Shown here one piece after another: positions 1 through 12,033 of a stretch of 64,000 nt of DNA (position 1 is the stretch's first letter; each line of letters opens with the position of its first letter). Location: NCBI GenBank assembly GCA_010093815.1, contig ML996585.1; one strand, given 5' to 3'. The translations under genes and the position numbers were made by a program. This DNA comes from Pseudovirgaria hyperparasitica (taxonomy: Eukaryota). The notes beneath the pieces were generated by a model. That model saw nothing but the letters and a program-made list of their open reading frames with translations, did not search any database and had not been told where the DNA came from.

Positions 1-1157
1 AAGTCGAGCACTGGGGGGAGACTCTAGGTATACGGGTTGGGAACACAAGGCGAGAGCCTTAAGGAGCCTAGATCAGCAGTACAATTAGTAGAACTGCTAT
101 GTTACACAGGCGTGACAGGCCAATGTAAATAGTAGTTGGAGAAGCAACGGGAGGATGCTGGGACAGCTGGTCTTGTCGTTCGCGATAGGGCGACGTGGGG
201 CGGGACGGATCAATCAAATGATCCGGAACGCGTCGGCTGTTTGACAGGTCCTCTCTGCCGGGCATAGCTGCGGAGTAATCGCGGCTGAAACCGTGTAGGA
301 ATTAACTAACTAACTAACTAACTAAGCTTCCCGGCCAGCCTCAAATTTCAAACCAACTTTTTGAGCTATACCAGCTTGTCAACTATTACTATTCGCCCGT
401 TGATCATGCCTCTTAAGGCACAAGCACGCAATAAACCCTTGACTCGACCTTGCCGTCTTACAGGCCGCATTGGACCCAAATTCTAGTCATTCAAATTGGG
501 GAAGTTCATATCACTATCTCACGGGCTGATGATCCTTTCGGCGAATCAAGACCTTGATCTGGCTCATCTCTGTGTTCAGGAATCTTCCTCTGAGGGGGTG
601 ATGCGTTTGCTTCTTTCTGGCGTATGACAGGTAGCTTACGAGCGATTTGCTAGTTCACCATGGGGCTTGGCTATGTGCACCAAGCCCTATCTGCAGTCAT
701 GTCGTATCTAGACGGCAGAACGACATTTGCCACACTGAAACATTGCTAATTCCTGACCCTGGGGACCCGATTCTGCAGCTCTGTGGCAAGTTCACAAGCT
801 GCTAGGTTTCATGGAAGCCTAGTGGACACTGACTCTACATACACACGGGCCTCAACTCTTGGACCTATCCTACGTTGTGGTTGATGTCACCCCCAAACTT
901 TTGGAGCTTGAGACAGTAGTCGAGAGCGCAGACATCCCATTTCTGCTACACCCTAGTAGGTCAGTTCGCCAGTAACTTGATTGTAGAGGGCAAAGCCTGT
1001 CATATCATGCATGCAAAGTGGCCGTTGCTAATAGCCTCATCTTGATATATCATATTTCTATATCAAAGACTGCCGTACGTTCCACGCATCTTGCTTTCTA
1101 AACCTTCTTTCTCAGTTTGCTTCTCAGCAAGATCGGTCTACCCCCCACTTTCTTAGT

Positions 1158-2089
1158 ATGAGCCGGTACATAACTATGACCCAAACTCATGATGACACGA
1201 ACATCATCGAGCAAATCGCCATTCTCCTCAGAGCCAGACACGATCAATGGGAAAGCGCCTTACCGGCTGCCAGAGGCTGTATCGCTTCACTTGATGCCAG
1301 ACTGTGGATGCAGAGTCCCGTGCCATTGAAAGACAAGATATATACGATTGAGGTGTTACAAAGTTTAGCGTTCGCTGATGCGGACTCAGGAGGTGTGGAC
1401 GATATTGCCAACTGGTGTCTATACCAGCTCATGGCCCTGCTATACCACTCACCCAATGACTCGGCCATCCTCAGAGGTAAATCGCCAAGACCGGATTAGA
1501 GTATGGCTGACAGGCTCAGACATAGGACAGAACTGGTTGCAACGTGCACAACCTTACCTAGCGGCCATTCACATTCAATATAGCACATCATCCAGTTCTA
1601 ACAGCACTCGAAGCAGTACTCATGGATTAGTTCTCACCGCGAGCGAGGAGGAACGCTTGAATGCCGCGACAATGGCGGAAGCGGAAGAAAGACTGCACAC
1701 AAGCAACTACGTAGAGGCTCGAGGCATTCTCGTACCAGCCACAGAATACTTCAGTCGTGCAGTGGAAGCCTCACAACGCTTGGGGTCGCTATCTGGGCAT
1801 CTCCTTATTGAGGTATCTGTTCTCTGGTAGGCTCACTTTCAGTCGAGACGCAACACTAAATCCTACGACAGGCAGCTGAAGCTTTCATGAGCTTGGGGAA
1901 CGTCTCTTATTCGAGAACGAACGAGCAATACTTTCGTAGGGCCATCCATTATCTGCGTATGGCAACAGCCATGCCGACTTTCAATCTACCAGCGCATCTT
2001 CAACAGTAAGCAGGGCCTCAGCTGGTCCTCAAAACACGTACTCATTGTGGCGCAGATATTTGGATGACTATGGTCGATTTGTAGACTGA
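1158..2089 (+). CDS. Fungal hypothetical helical protein, 4 exons
   Basis: ORFs 1158 and 1378 join via GT-AG introns 1477-1519 (or -1525), 1813-1871 and 2006-2055. The spliced product ends ...AEAFMSLGNVSY...QQYLDDYGRFVD*. Confidence 0.7.
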
Positions 2090-2772
2090 TCTACACTTCC
2101 AGTATGTTCCATGAATCCGGATAGTCTAATAGCGTGGAGTCAAGGGATTGGTCAGTGATCAGATAGAAACTCAATGAGCGCGTTTAGCAATGCGAAAGCG
2201 CACAAGCAATTGCCGTCGAGGTGGTATTATTCCTGGGCATGAACTGGTCCTGTATGTATTAATTATCGAACATATCTCTTCTCGATCCTAGAGAACATGT
2301 CCCAGTAATTTTAGAAGTGGTGCTTCCATTGCTGCTCGACATCGAGGTTGACGCACGTTGTTCCCAGATGTTCAATTGACAGAAGACGTCTTGAAGCGAG
2401 GGAGACTTGGAGTTTTCAGCCTTAGCACGCTATACCCTGATGAGCTAGTATGATCGGTAGAGTCGGCACCTACGGACATCCGGATTGCTCGAAGTCACTC
2501 CGAGTCATTCGCAACACCAACGACCACACATCATCAGGTACCAGCGATCCGCAAACTTTACCCACACAGAAACTCGCGGTATCTCAACTCTGACTCCCAC
2601 TCGCTGATCGCCTGACCTCGTCTTACGTGTGAGACACCCTCAGCTTATAATCCGGAACAGCCTAGCTTCTCTTTGTTTAAAAGGCTCGATCTGTTAAACT
2701 CATCGCAAACGAACCCCGTTCGGCCTCGCCGATTGAAGGCCTCCCACCGCCTCGAGAATAATTGCCACCATC

Positions 2773-3232
2773 ATGGATGAGCGGGAACTAGCAATCGCGC
2801 CCATCGTGGGTGACAGTATGCAGCACAACCACAGGGTATGTTCACACTGTACGACAGGATACACGCACCACAATTCTTCGAAAATGCTCCAATGCCCCTT
2901 CATCTTTGACTGCATCTGCCAAAACCTGTGCTTAACAGCTGCCCCCAATGAGACCTAATCCATCGTAGACCATATCCAACATCCGCAGCCTAACAGCCTC
3001 TCTTTTCGGTGTCGCGGCCGGTACTCTTGGTCTGGAATCCTACCCCGGCTTCATATTCTACCTCGTCGGTACCTTCATAGTATCTGCCCTCATATTTGCG
3101 TTACGTATGGATGGCCAACCTGGGAAATACTTCTATCGGCCACTGAGCGAGTTCTGGATTGGAGACGTCTTTGGGGGAGCAATGAGCTTTATATTAACGT
3201 GGACACTGTTCTTTGGTATTGTCCAAGCGTGA
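2773..3232 (+). CDS. EMC6: ER membrane protein complex subunit 6
   Basis: Intron 2836-2968 (GTATGT...CCTAAT...TAG). Spliced 108 aa protein contains NIRSLTASLFGVAAGTLGLESYPGF...SFILTWTLFFGIV, typical of EMC6. Confidence 0.9.
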
Positions 3233-4361
3233 GGACCCAACGGAACAAAGCAATAGAGAGGTAAATTGTACAATATGGGAGGTCAGATGAGAGTCGAGTC
3301 TCGACTTCCGCACAGAGACCTGTGGAGCAAGAGAAGACCTTAAAAAACGCCAGAGCTCAGAACATACGAGGCAAAAAGCCCAAGACGAAACGCATGTAGC
3401 CGTTTGGTACATTTCTATGCGAAGGCAATACGGCTCGGAATCACTAATACATTGTGGCCGCATAGAAGCCTGCAAAATATCATGAAATACCCTGCACAGA
3501 TTTGATCGTCACAACGTTATCATTTTCGTTCGAGGATGATGTACGAGGTTATACCTATTCGGTCCAAATCTTTATTTCACGGCTTTTTTAGTCATGAATT
3601 GAGTTTACACTCACCGCAATCGACACAGTCCAAAAGTACACGTTGATCGCGTTATTTTCCGACCTCCGACCCTACCTGTCTTTGTCCGTGGGCTCGCACA
3701 AGAGCAACGACAAGCCTGATCCTCCTCCAGGCAGTAACTAAGTACGCCTTCGGAAAACACATACCTGGAGAGATAAAAGCCGGTGGTACGCCATTGTGCG
3801 TATACACGACTACACGTCAGCCATCGTGTCGGTGAGGTAGTGGCTAGAATCGCTCAGGTGGTTGGGAATCACAATAAATCTGCTATACGTTGCATCATTA
3901 CCTGACCTATCTCATCCGTATCGTGGTCTCTCCTTGTTATTGCGCACGATTGTCCTCTCTACCGTTCGATCCGCATGCGATTGCTTTGCCAAGCGTTCCA
4001 TCCTTTTCAACTCGCCTAGCCCTTTCTGCGATAGTGATCTTGCTTTCAGTGAATTATCGATGCATTGTCGGTCATAGTCAAGATCTTCCTACCAGAACTT
4101 GTAAATGACGCGTACTGAGCACGTTGTGTCATGTGGTGCTGAGGGAGACTTCATGCCTACGAACCTCAACATTAACTTATAATTCCCCAAATATCGTTTC
4201 TGTCCCTACGAATCTGCTCGAGAGATCACTGTATACTGTATCTCAACTCTACCTACCTGACTCCTATGCATCTTGGAAGAACTCATACTCGACTTACGAA
4301 CCAGTCACCTTGACTACGCACTTCTTACTGGATCTTGTTTGATTCACGCGCCGACGACACG

Positions 4362-5312
4362 ATGCAAACCAAGTCAACCACCATACTTGTTCTTGCCATG
4401 CTGGCCATGAGCTGCACAAGTAGTATGACCAAGCGGAAACTTCGCACAGATACCATGATGGACGTAATACCTCTCAAATTTCGACGAACAGCACAGTCGA
4501 TCGCGCCTACACCGACTCAGGAGACATGGAGAACAGTCTACACCACAGTCTCAACATACATCCATTGCACCTCCAAAATCTCTGATCTGGCTCCTGCGGC
4601 CACGGTCACTATCTCAAACGACCCCAACCAGCTCCCAGGGGGATTCATCACGACGACAGTCCAGCCCCGAGCAGAATCCTCAACGAGCATCACCATCAAG
4701 ACATCAACACCACCAATGTCTTCCAGCCAGCAAGCCAACACAGCGCAACCACCATCATCTCTCGAGCAAGCAACCACACCTATCCAATCCCCCAGCCCCT
4801 CACCAACCCCCATTATCCCCACCACACCCTCAGATCCCGCATCCCCAACAAGCGCACCGCCTACAGCCCCGTCACAACCCGCCAGCCCAGCCGCACCAGC
4901 CCTCTCCCTCCCCTCCGCCTCCGACACATCCACCCTCCACACCGGCGATCTCACATACTACGACCCCGGTCTCGGCGCCTGCGGCATCACCTCCGCCCCC
5001 ACCGATCCCATCGTCGCCATCTCCCACGATCTATTCGACGCCTACATGCCCGTCGGCGCATCCAATCCAAACCTAAACCCACTATGTGGGCGCGAGATTG
5101 AGATTTTCAGGAATCCAGCTGGTGGTGTTGCTGCCGGGGTTGCTGATGGGAATCCTGACGGGGGTGTCAAGACTATGATTGTCAAGGTGGTGGATCGCTG
5201 CACGGGTTGTGCGCCGACGGATCTGGATGTGCCGAAGATGGTGCATGAGTTTTTTGTTGCGGATTCGACGTTTGAGGGCCGTGTGGAGGATATGCAGTGG
5301 CGGTGGGTGTGA
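4362..5312 (+). CDS. Secreted RlpA-like double-psi beta-barrel (expansin-like/Asp f 7-type) protein
   Basis: Signal peptide, Ser/Thr/Pro-rich linker and C-terminal GDLTYYDPGLGACG...IVAISH...NPLCGR...VVDRCTGC...DLD motifs. Confidence 0.85.
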   Translation: MQTKSTTILVLAMLAMSCTSSMTKRKLRTDTMMDVIPLKFRRTAQSIAPTPTQETWRTVYTTVSTYIHCTSKISDLAPAATVTISNDPNQLPGGFITTTVQPRAESSTSITIKTSTPPMSSSQQANTAQPPSSLEQATTPIQSPSPSPTPIIPTTPSDPASPTSAPPTAPSQPASPAAPALSLPSASDTSTLHTGDLTYYDPGLGACGITSAPTDPIVAISHDLFDAYMPVGASNPNLNPLCGREIEIFRNPAGGVAAGVADGNPDGGVKTMIVKVVDRCTGCAPTDLDVPKMVHEFFVADSTFEGRVEDMQWRWV

Positions 5313-5827
5313 TTTTCCGTAGTTTGTTTGTGGTGCTTAAGGGGGCGGCGTTCTGTGGGGAGTTTTGCGTTCGTTGGGATGGATTGGTGTTATTTTGTTT
5401 CTCATCAGTGATGTATGGCGTTGGTTTGGGGGAATGTTATTATTTGTAAATGAGGAGGCGAAAGGGATGGGTTTGATTTATGGATTTGGAGGTTGTTTGG
5501 CGAAGGTTACTTACGCGGTGTATGCTTCGTGCTATGTGTATGTATGGTATATATACGCGCGATCTATCGGTGTATAATCTCTGAATAATAACAGTCTTGT
5601 TGGATTATCAGACTGGTATGATCATTTCGTCAAGAGTAGCCTATTGAGATCTAATCCACATCACCCACGTGAGCACAGAGAGTGGGAAAGGGGCGAGGGA
5701 AGGGAGTTTACAAGAAGCGAGAGCGACTCTCACCATGTCACTGTGCAGAAGACACTCGGCAGGACTAAACAGAGATAGTATGAATTCTATTAGGATATAT
5801 AGTATGAACATGTGTTATCCGGGTCCC

Positions 5828-7048
5828 TTATAACAATAGCCCCAGGATCGCGACGCCCTGGATACCGACGATCCTGCCCCCGCTCACGATGAAGTTCTTT
5901 GGTGTCAATCCACCCTCTACAACGTCGAGATCTGAGTCGACGCCGCTGTACACGGGGGCTTTGTCGTTGTGAGGGTTGCCGGGGACGTGAGTGACGGTTG
6001 CAGAGCTGGAGGGTGGGCAAGGGTCAGAGGGTGTGTCGGTGTGCTCCTGCGCATCATAGTAGACATCTATATACTCTGTGGATTTCTCCATGAACGCTGG
6101 TATTGGTGCATGCTCTGTTAGAGTGGGCTGTGTTGACTGGCGGGTCTCTGCGGCGTCAGCACATTCGGAAGTCTTCTGGAGCAACACAGGCGCTGGGTTT
6201 CTGACGGCGTACTTGGTGTCCCATTGCGTGTCGAACCATTCGCGAATGTCTGCGATGGATTGCTCTGTTGCGGGATAGTCTTTCGTGGGTTTGAGTCGCA
6301 TGCCGTGTCGGTCGCTACGGTCGAACTGGCGTTCGCTGGTTTCCAATGCCTTGGCTATCGCTGCGATCTGGGCTTCCAGGCCGAGCACTATTTCCTTTGG
6401 GAGCCAGTCGATGATGCGATCTAAGGCAATACCAGGGATGCGACGTGTGGCGAGAAGAGCTGACATTACGACCCGCTTCTTAGGTTCTTTCTTCGTACTG
6501 TTTGCGTACACAGGATCAAAATCCGGTATTGGGCCGACCTTTCCAGAGAACAGAACTTCCGGAACCGCGATGTCGAAACCTCCTTTGTCCAGAGCTTCCC
6601 TCGCGAACACCATGCACCTCTTGTACAGCTGATCCGATTTGTGGAAGTCGTACCACCGCAGCGACTCATCCACGTTGTGGTATGAGCGCACAAGAACGGT
6701 CCCGACGCCATATATCTCTCTCCCATAGTCTGATCTCCAGCGTCGGAACAGTCGCTGATCATCCGAACAGAACTGCTGAATTCCTCTCCAATATGCGACG
6801 CACTCAGGAGAGTAACTAGTCTGACGTACGCCGCTCCAAGCTCTGGGGTCAATATTGGGATCAATATAGTGTGGATTAGGGACGAAGTCCATCGCCGATC
6901 GACGATACACTCCATCAACATTGAAGTATGAAGAATCGACCTCGGGCAATTCGCATACGATGTTGTAGTCGTAGTCGAATGCTTCGAGTGCTTCCTCAGG
7001 CGTCATTGCTGTCAATGCTGATGATTCTGGTTTTGGAATTCGCGGCAT
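5828..7048 (-). CDS. APH/choline-kinase-like fold protein with degenerate catalytic motifs
   Basis: Intronless 406 aa ORF with VPEVLFSGKV and RRIPGIAL segments. C-terminal EGGLTPKNFIVSGGRIVGIQG aligns by eye to HGDLxxxNIxVxxGxIxGIIDW. Confidence 0.55.
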   Translation of the reverse strand: MPRIPKPESSALTAMTPEEALEAFDYDYNIVCELPEVDSSYFNVDGVYRRSAMDFVPNPHYIDPNIDPRAWSGVRQTSYSPECVAYWRGIQQFCSDDQRLFRRWRSDYGREIYGVGTVLVRSYHNVDESLRWYDFHKSDQLYKRCMVFAREALDKGGFDIAVPEVLFSGKVGPIPDFDPVYANSTKKEPKKRVVMSALLATRRIPGIALDRIIDWLPKEIVLGLEAQIAAIAKALETSERQFDRSDRHGMRLKPTKDYPATEQSIADIREWFDTQWDTKYAVRNPAPVLLQKTSECADAAETRQSTQPTLTEHAPIPAFMEKSTEYIDVYYDAQEHTDTPSDPCPPSSSATVTHVPGNPHNDKAPVYSGVDSDLDVVEGGLTPKNFIVSGGRIVGIQGVAILGLLL

Positions 7049-8598
7049 TATATTGATAGCGCTCGTCTTTGGATGATTTCGCTTGTCAACTCAGTGGCTT
7101 ACCGGGAATGTTCGTGATCTAGCGTGAGGGACATGGCCTTTATCAAGCCTTGGATATTGTCAGCGTGAGAAACTATCTGTGAACACAGAGTGACAAGCTT
7201 GTGATGTGCGAATTGAATATTCCCAGAAATATATATCAGGGCATGGAGCGAGATCGTGAGTGACAGCTGCTGTTTGTGACTGTCGCTCGTGATACTATCT
7301 TCTCTACGACAAACAATTTCCTGGGGCGTGCCACGGGAGTAAAAGTGATGGTGAAGCACAGTAATTATCATTTATGTCGCATAGAGTGATTATGGAGCGA
7401 CGCGGTGCGCGTTGTGCCGGGCTTTCGCTCAATACCCGGTCCGCCATTATATGAAAGATCCAGAGAATCATGTGCAGGCATACTGGTGCTATTCTTGCGA
7501 AGGAACCGTAGGACATCATCATCAATGTATAGCATCTAGCTCGCACGTCAGTAGTAAGAGCATAGTCAGCTGGAAGGATGGCTTGTTTCTGTTTATTCAC
7601 CACAGAAGTGAAGAAGTGGTGAAGGATGAGTATGAAACTCTAGATGAGGTCGATATTGCGCTCGCGCTAGACCGAAAACGACTAGTTGCCGCCCGCAGCG
7701 AGTCCACAAATCATAGTTGGAGACGGGTGGACCTCGGGAGCGACGCCTGGAAGCATAATTAGTAGCCTGAGGCGCAGAGGCTAAGGCAGCTAACGACTCT
7801 CTGTTGTCTGATTGGACAGCTAGCCAAGACGCTTCATCTGCATCAAGCGTCCACCCAGCGCGTACAGAAGCGTTTCTGTTTCCTTTCGCCCATCTCCACG
7901 TCTATGAAACTCTTCCCAGCGGGTAATTCGACGTCGCTCATGTCGTCCACTCATGCTAAGCAACGGCTTCCCTGCGAACGGGCGGCACTATAACCTTTGA
8001 ACCAATTGCTGCCTTCTGCCTAGCGATGAGTCAAATCGCTTGCCTACCATGTCGACGCATTCCACGAATGAGAAACGCGACACACATGATATGCCTCCTG
8101 CGTAGTACCATATCCGGTCTGGATTCAATATGCTTTTGATGCCTCTCCAGCTTGTGTCCCCGTGCTCACGCGTTAGACGTCCATCGATCGCCATGGTCAC
8201 TGATGTCCCAAGCTTCGACTGTCGTGTCTGGGCTAAGTAATAGTCGTCTTTCTTTACTTCCCTTTCTCTATTCATCTTCGTCTCTTCTCGTTACTCGTAG
8301 CTCTGTTTGATTTCGTTGAGGCAGATTGCTATTGTCGTGTCATTCACTTCATTCCTCAATAGCAGGACCTCACACAATTGCGTCTCGGCTTGTTGAAGCT
8401 AGCATCGAGCTTCCGGGCGGCTACAGGACGTACACCAGTATTTCCACGTTTCACACTGCTTAGGAGAGACGTTGTCGACCATACATATTCTTCGTAGAGT
8501 CGGTAAGCCTATCACTGGAACCGACGCCGAACCCATCTGTAACCTGTGCTACGCAACAGGATTACGAGTGCAGACACAGCCGGAACCACCGGTCGGCT

Positions 8599-11500
8599 AT
8601 GTCAGGGCAACTTCCTCCTGCTCCACTTCGAAAAGATACGATATATCTGCAGAGACGTAACGAGCGAGACCAATCCCGTGAGCCGACCCACCAACAGTCC
8701 AACAATGAGGGTACAGAGGTCGCATTCGCAATGGAGAAGAACATGACATATCAGAACGTGTCTCACACTCGAAGTTCCAGTACCCAGAGCAACTCGGGCC
8801 TACTCGATCTCACGTCCTCGCACACGCAAGATGATACACATCCATACTCGGAAGACCGAGTCCTCACAAGGAAACCGTCGAGGATTTTCAAATACAAGAA
8901 CAATGCTATACAGGGTTCCAAGAGAACGCTGCGAGCATCGCAGAAGAGGAGGCAAGCTGGCATAACAGTGGACACCGGGCATTCAAGACACAAGGGCATG
9001 ACCCCGAAAGAGTTGCGGTACGGAACAGCGGCCGAGAAGCATGCTGGCTTGAGAATATTCGCGTCTCCGAGATCTGCCATGGATAGCCCTGTGCTAGGGT
9101 CAGAAGGCTGGTGGCGTTCGAGATCCAAGAAACGTGCGAGCAGAGCAGCAAGAGGAACTAGAAACCGAACGACATCCAACACCTCTGATAGAGGCGTAAT
9201 TCCTGGTCTGGATGCTCTCAACGCTCAGAGTGCCACCGAACATTTATCACCTTCGAAATTGCAGTCTCTGGACATCTCCCCTGCCGACCGTCCTATCTTC
9301 ATTGGCATGTCCGTAGCGCCAGAAGCATTGTCTGAAGTAGAGTCTGACATCGAAGCGAGGACTCGAAAGCGCAGCGACAGCGGTGATTCTCCGTTCACGC
9401 CGACTATTATCATCACTCCGGCCGTACAGAGGTCGCAATTTTCCCCAGATCAACACCCCCGACCAGCGTCTAGCGTGTACTCCAGATTCACAAGCGCAGC
9501 AAGGACCCCCTATACTGTGACGACATCCCATCCTCCCGTCCCCGCACTGCCAGATTTCGCGAAAACCCAGACGAACAACAATGTTGCTGCGGCAACTACA
9601 AAATATTTCAATTTTGAGAAAGGCGACAAATGGCCTCGGCGCATACGCGATTCAAACATGACTGACTTTGAAGAGGACGCTGATGATAGTGCCAATGTGC
9701 GCCGTAACCGTGTCATGTCAGGCGAAACCGTGTTTGAAGAGGACGATAGTCCTGTACGGAGAGACTTGATGGTCAGAAACTCGGGCATCACTATCGATAC
9801 AAATGTCCCCACCCCACGAAGGTCCCGTGGGTGGTGGAATTACATTACGACACCATTCGACGCCTCCCATCCGGAGTCTTTATGGCCGCGGACTCCTGCA
9901 GACGATAAATCGGTTGGAACGCCTAAGGTATCCGAAGAGAAACCTCAAGTCCCGGCACTGGGCCTTCAAACTAGAATCGACATTCAGAGAGAAGCACCGC
10001 TGATTTCTGCATTCTCTGCCTCGACCGTGACAACTATGGCATCACCGTGGGGAAGAGGTGATGCAGAGAAAACCCCAGTGTCTCCAATAGGACTTTCCCT
10101 GTCGCCATCGCACACTACCTATGCGGGACCTGGTCTTTCTATTGCTGAGCAACTGTCTATGGCTCCGAGTCCGCCAAAGTCTGCAGCAGCAAGTGTCATG
10201 AATACTACACCCCCAGAGCTGCATCAGCCATCTCCGTCCGTAGATGACAGCCCTCCGAAGGATGTTGTGGCTAGGTCGAGCGCATGGCCTTTTGGCCAGA
10301 CATCAACTACATACACGACTAGCTATGATTCGCCTTCACTGCAGCAGATTCCTGTGATGTCTATGACCACACCAGGTCCGGAGCTGGATGCGATGGAAGC
10401 GCGGACAAGTGAAGAGCGTGATCCACCACCTATGGTGGGGGCACATGTCTCGAACGGTCATAACAAAACCCGCGAGTCGAAGACTTCTGAGTCTTCGAGG
10501 TCACGATCGGTAGGAACTGCCTTGACGTCCCCGTACCATTCCCCAGCGACTTACGGCCCACGCGACACCGTTTTTCCAGGAAGCAAGACAGATAGCTCAC
10601 ATACGCAGCGCATGCAGCACTCTAACCACACTTCTTACCATAGTGGTGGTTCCAGGTCGATGAAAGGAGATGCCCTCAAGGTGTATACTGAGAAGGACTT
10701 TCTTCCGCCACCTCAAGCCGTGAAGAAACAGAAGTCCGACAAGCCTAAGCGCCAATGCAACTTGTTCAAGAAAAGGAGCGACAAGCCTGTAGACAAGAAG
10801 AAGCGGAAGAAACGCATGTGTATCATTTGCGGTCTCTGTGGGGGTGCCCTTATTGCCGTTATACTCATCGTTGTATTGGTCTTGGTCTTGACGAAGAAAC
10901 ACAAGCCAGATGACACGCCGATCCAAAGCCAGTGGCTAAACCTTACCAACTATCCGCCCATCCCAACCGGCATCTCGACCATCGCAGGACCTACTCTAGC
11001 GCACGAAGAAACTGGTTGTGTCATACCAGCAACGCAGTGGTCTTGCTCCTTACCAAAGGAGGAGCATGATTCGGTGGCACCAAATCGATCCGACCAACCC
11101 AACTTCCGCCTGATCATTCGCTACAAGAACGATACCGCGACCAAAACTCGTCGCCAGGACGACCTCTTCTCGCCGAATCCCTCGCCCCCTTCGGCTGAAG
11201 ACCAAGCCTTCCTTGGCAATACAACGGACAAGAACGTCGAGCCGTTTGCTGGTGAAGACACCCCTTTCTTCATCTCCTTCATCACCCCTAGCGGCACTCC
11301 TTCGATCTCAAAGCGTCAGTCTGATGATGGCGATGTTGTACCTAACATTGAAGACATAATACCGCCCCCTGCAACTGTGTCTGGTGGCCTTGCAGCACCT
11401 GCAAATCTGCTTCCGCTTCCAGTTGCACAACCCCTTCACCTCTACAACCGCGGCACAGTCGATGAACATTACGGCTTTTACACGTATTTCGACCGCTCGA

Positions 11501-12033
11501 TATTCCTAAAGGACATCAATGCTACGAGATCGGGATTTGGCGGGAACCCAGCAGACCAGGACGGGGGGTCAAGCTTCGACAGCGCGACGCTGCGTTGCAC
11601 ATGGGCGCAGACACGCTTTCTGGTACAGATCTGGACGAACAGCGCCTCGACCAAGCCGTTGCTGCAAGCCGCCTCGGGCACGCCAACATCAACATCTTCT
11701 GCGTCCACTCCATCGTCCTCGTCCTCGGCAAACGACTTTGTCACACCCGGCTCCTTTCCCTACCCGGTGACCATCACGCTGGACAGGCACGGCGGCGCCG
11801 CTGCCAAGAAGCTGGTATACTGCTACGGCATGGACGCGTCTGGCAAGATCGAGCCGAAGCGCAGCACCATCACGCTCGAGGATAGGTCCTTTGGCGGGGT
11901 CGCCGTGAATGGCAACAAGGGCCCGTTTACCAACACCACCGTCAGCGTGGGCGATGGTGGGCCTGGGGGCCTTGATGGCGGCAGCGGGGGCTGTGGCTGC
12001 TCGTGGGTAAACTGGGCGGGCGCAGGCACGTGA
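8599..12033 (+). CDS. Large single-pass type II membrane protein (fungal family often auto-annotated 'glycoprotease')
   Basis: Intronless 1144 aa ORF. Disordered S/T/P N-terminus with GWWNYITTPF, a basic stretch plus TM helix, then a Cys-containing luminal domain (WLNLTNYPPIPTG, CTWAQTRFLVQIWT, GSFPYPVTITLDRHGG, GCGCSWVNW). Confidence 0.8.
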   Translation: MSGQLPPAPLRKDTIYLQRRNERDQSREPTHQQSNNEGTEVAFAMEKNMTYQNVSHTRSSSTQSNSGLLDLTSSHTQDDTHPYSEDRVLTRKPSRIFKYKNNAIQGSKRTLRASQKRRQAGITVDTGHSRHKGMTPKELRYGTAAEKHAGLRIFASPRSAMDSPVLGSEGWWRSRSKKRASRAARGTRNRTTSNTSDRGVIPGLDALNAQSATEHLSPSKLQSLDISPADRPIFIGMSVAPEALSEVESDIEARTRKRSDSGDSPFTPTIIITPAVQRSQFSPDQHPRPASSVYSRFTSAARTPYTVTTSHPPVPALPDFAKTQTNNNVAAATTKYFNFEKGDKWPRRIRDSNMTDFEEDADDSANVRRNRVMSGETVFEEDDSPVRRDLMVRNSGITIDTNVPTPRRSRGWWNYITTPFDASHPESLWPRTPADDKSVGTPKVSEEKPQVPALGLQTRIDIQREAPLISAFSASTVTTMASPWGRGDAEKTPVSPIGLSLSPSHTTYAGPGLSIAEQLSMAPSPPKSAAASVMNTTPPELHQPSPSVDDSPPKDVVARSSAWPFGQTSTTYTTSYDSPSLQQIPVMSMTTPGPELDAMEARTSEERDPPPMVGAHVSNGHNKTRESKTSESSRSRSVGTALTSPYHSPATYGPRDTVFPGSKTDSSHTQRMQHSNHTSYHSGGSRSMKGDALKVYTEKDFLPPPQAVKKQKSDKPKRQCNLFKKRSDKPVDKKKRKKRMCIICGLCGGALIAVILIVVLVLVLTKKHKPDDTPIQSQWLNLTNYPPIPTGISTIAGPTLAHEETGCVIPATQWSCSLPKEEHDSVAPNRSDQPNFRLIIRYKNDTATKTRRQDDLFSPNPSPPSAEDQAFLGNTTDKNVEPFAGEDTPFFISFITPSGTPSISKRQSDDGDVVPNIEDIIPPPATVSGGLAAPANLLPLPVAQPLHLYNRGTVDEHYGFYTYFDRSIFLKDINATRSGFGGNPADQDGGSSFDSATLRCTWAQTRFLVQIWTNSASTKPLLQAASGTPTSTSSASTPSSSSSANDFVTPGSFPYPVTITLDRHGGAAAKKLVYCYGMDASGKIEPKRSTITLEDRSFGGVAVNGNKGPFTNTTVSVGDGGPGGLDGGSGGCGCSWVNWAGAGT

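Noticed and set aside
2930..2938. Alternative acceptor TTAACAG in the EMC6 intron
   Set aside because: The AG is too close to the branch-like A, and its use would add an in-frame stop.
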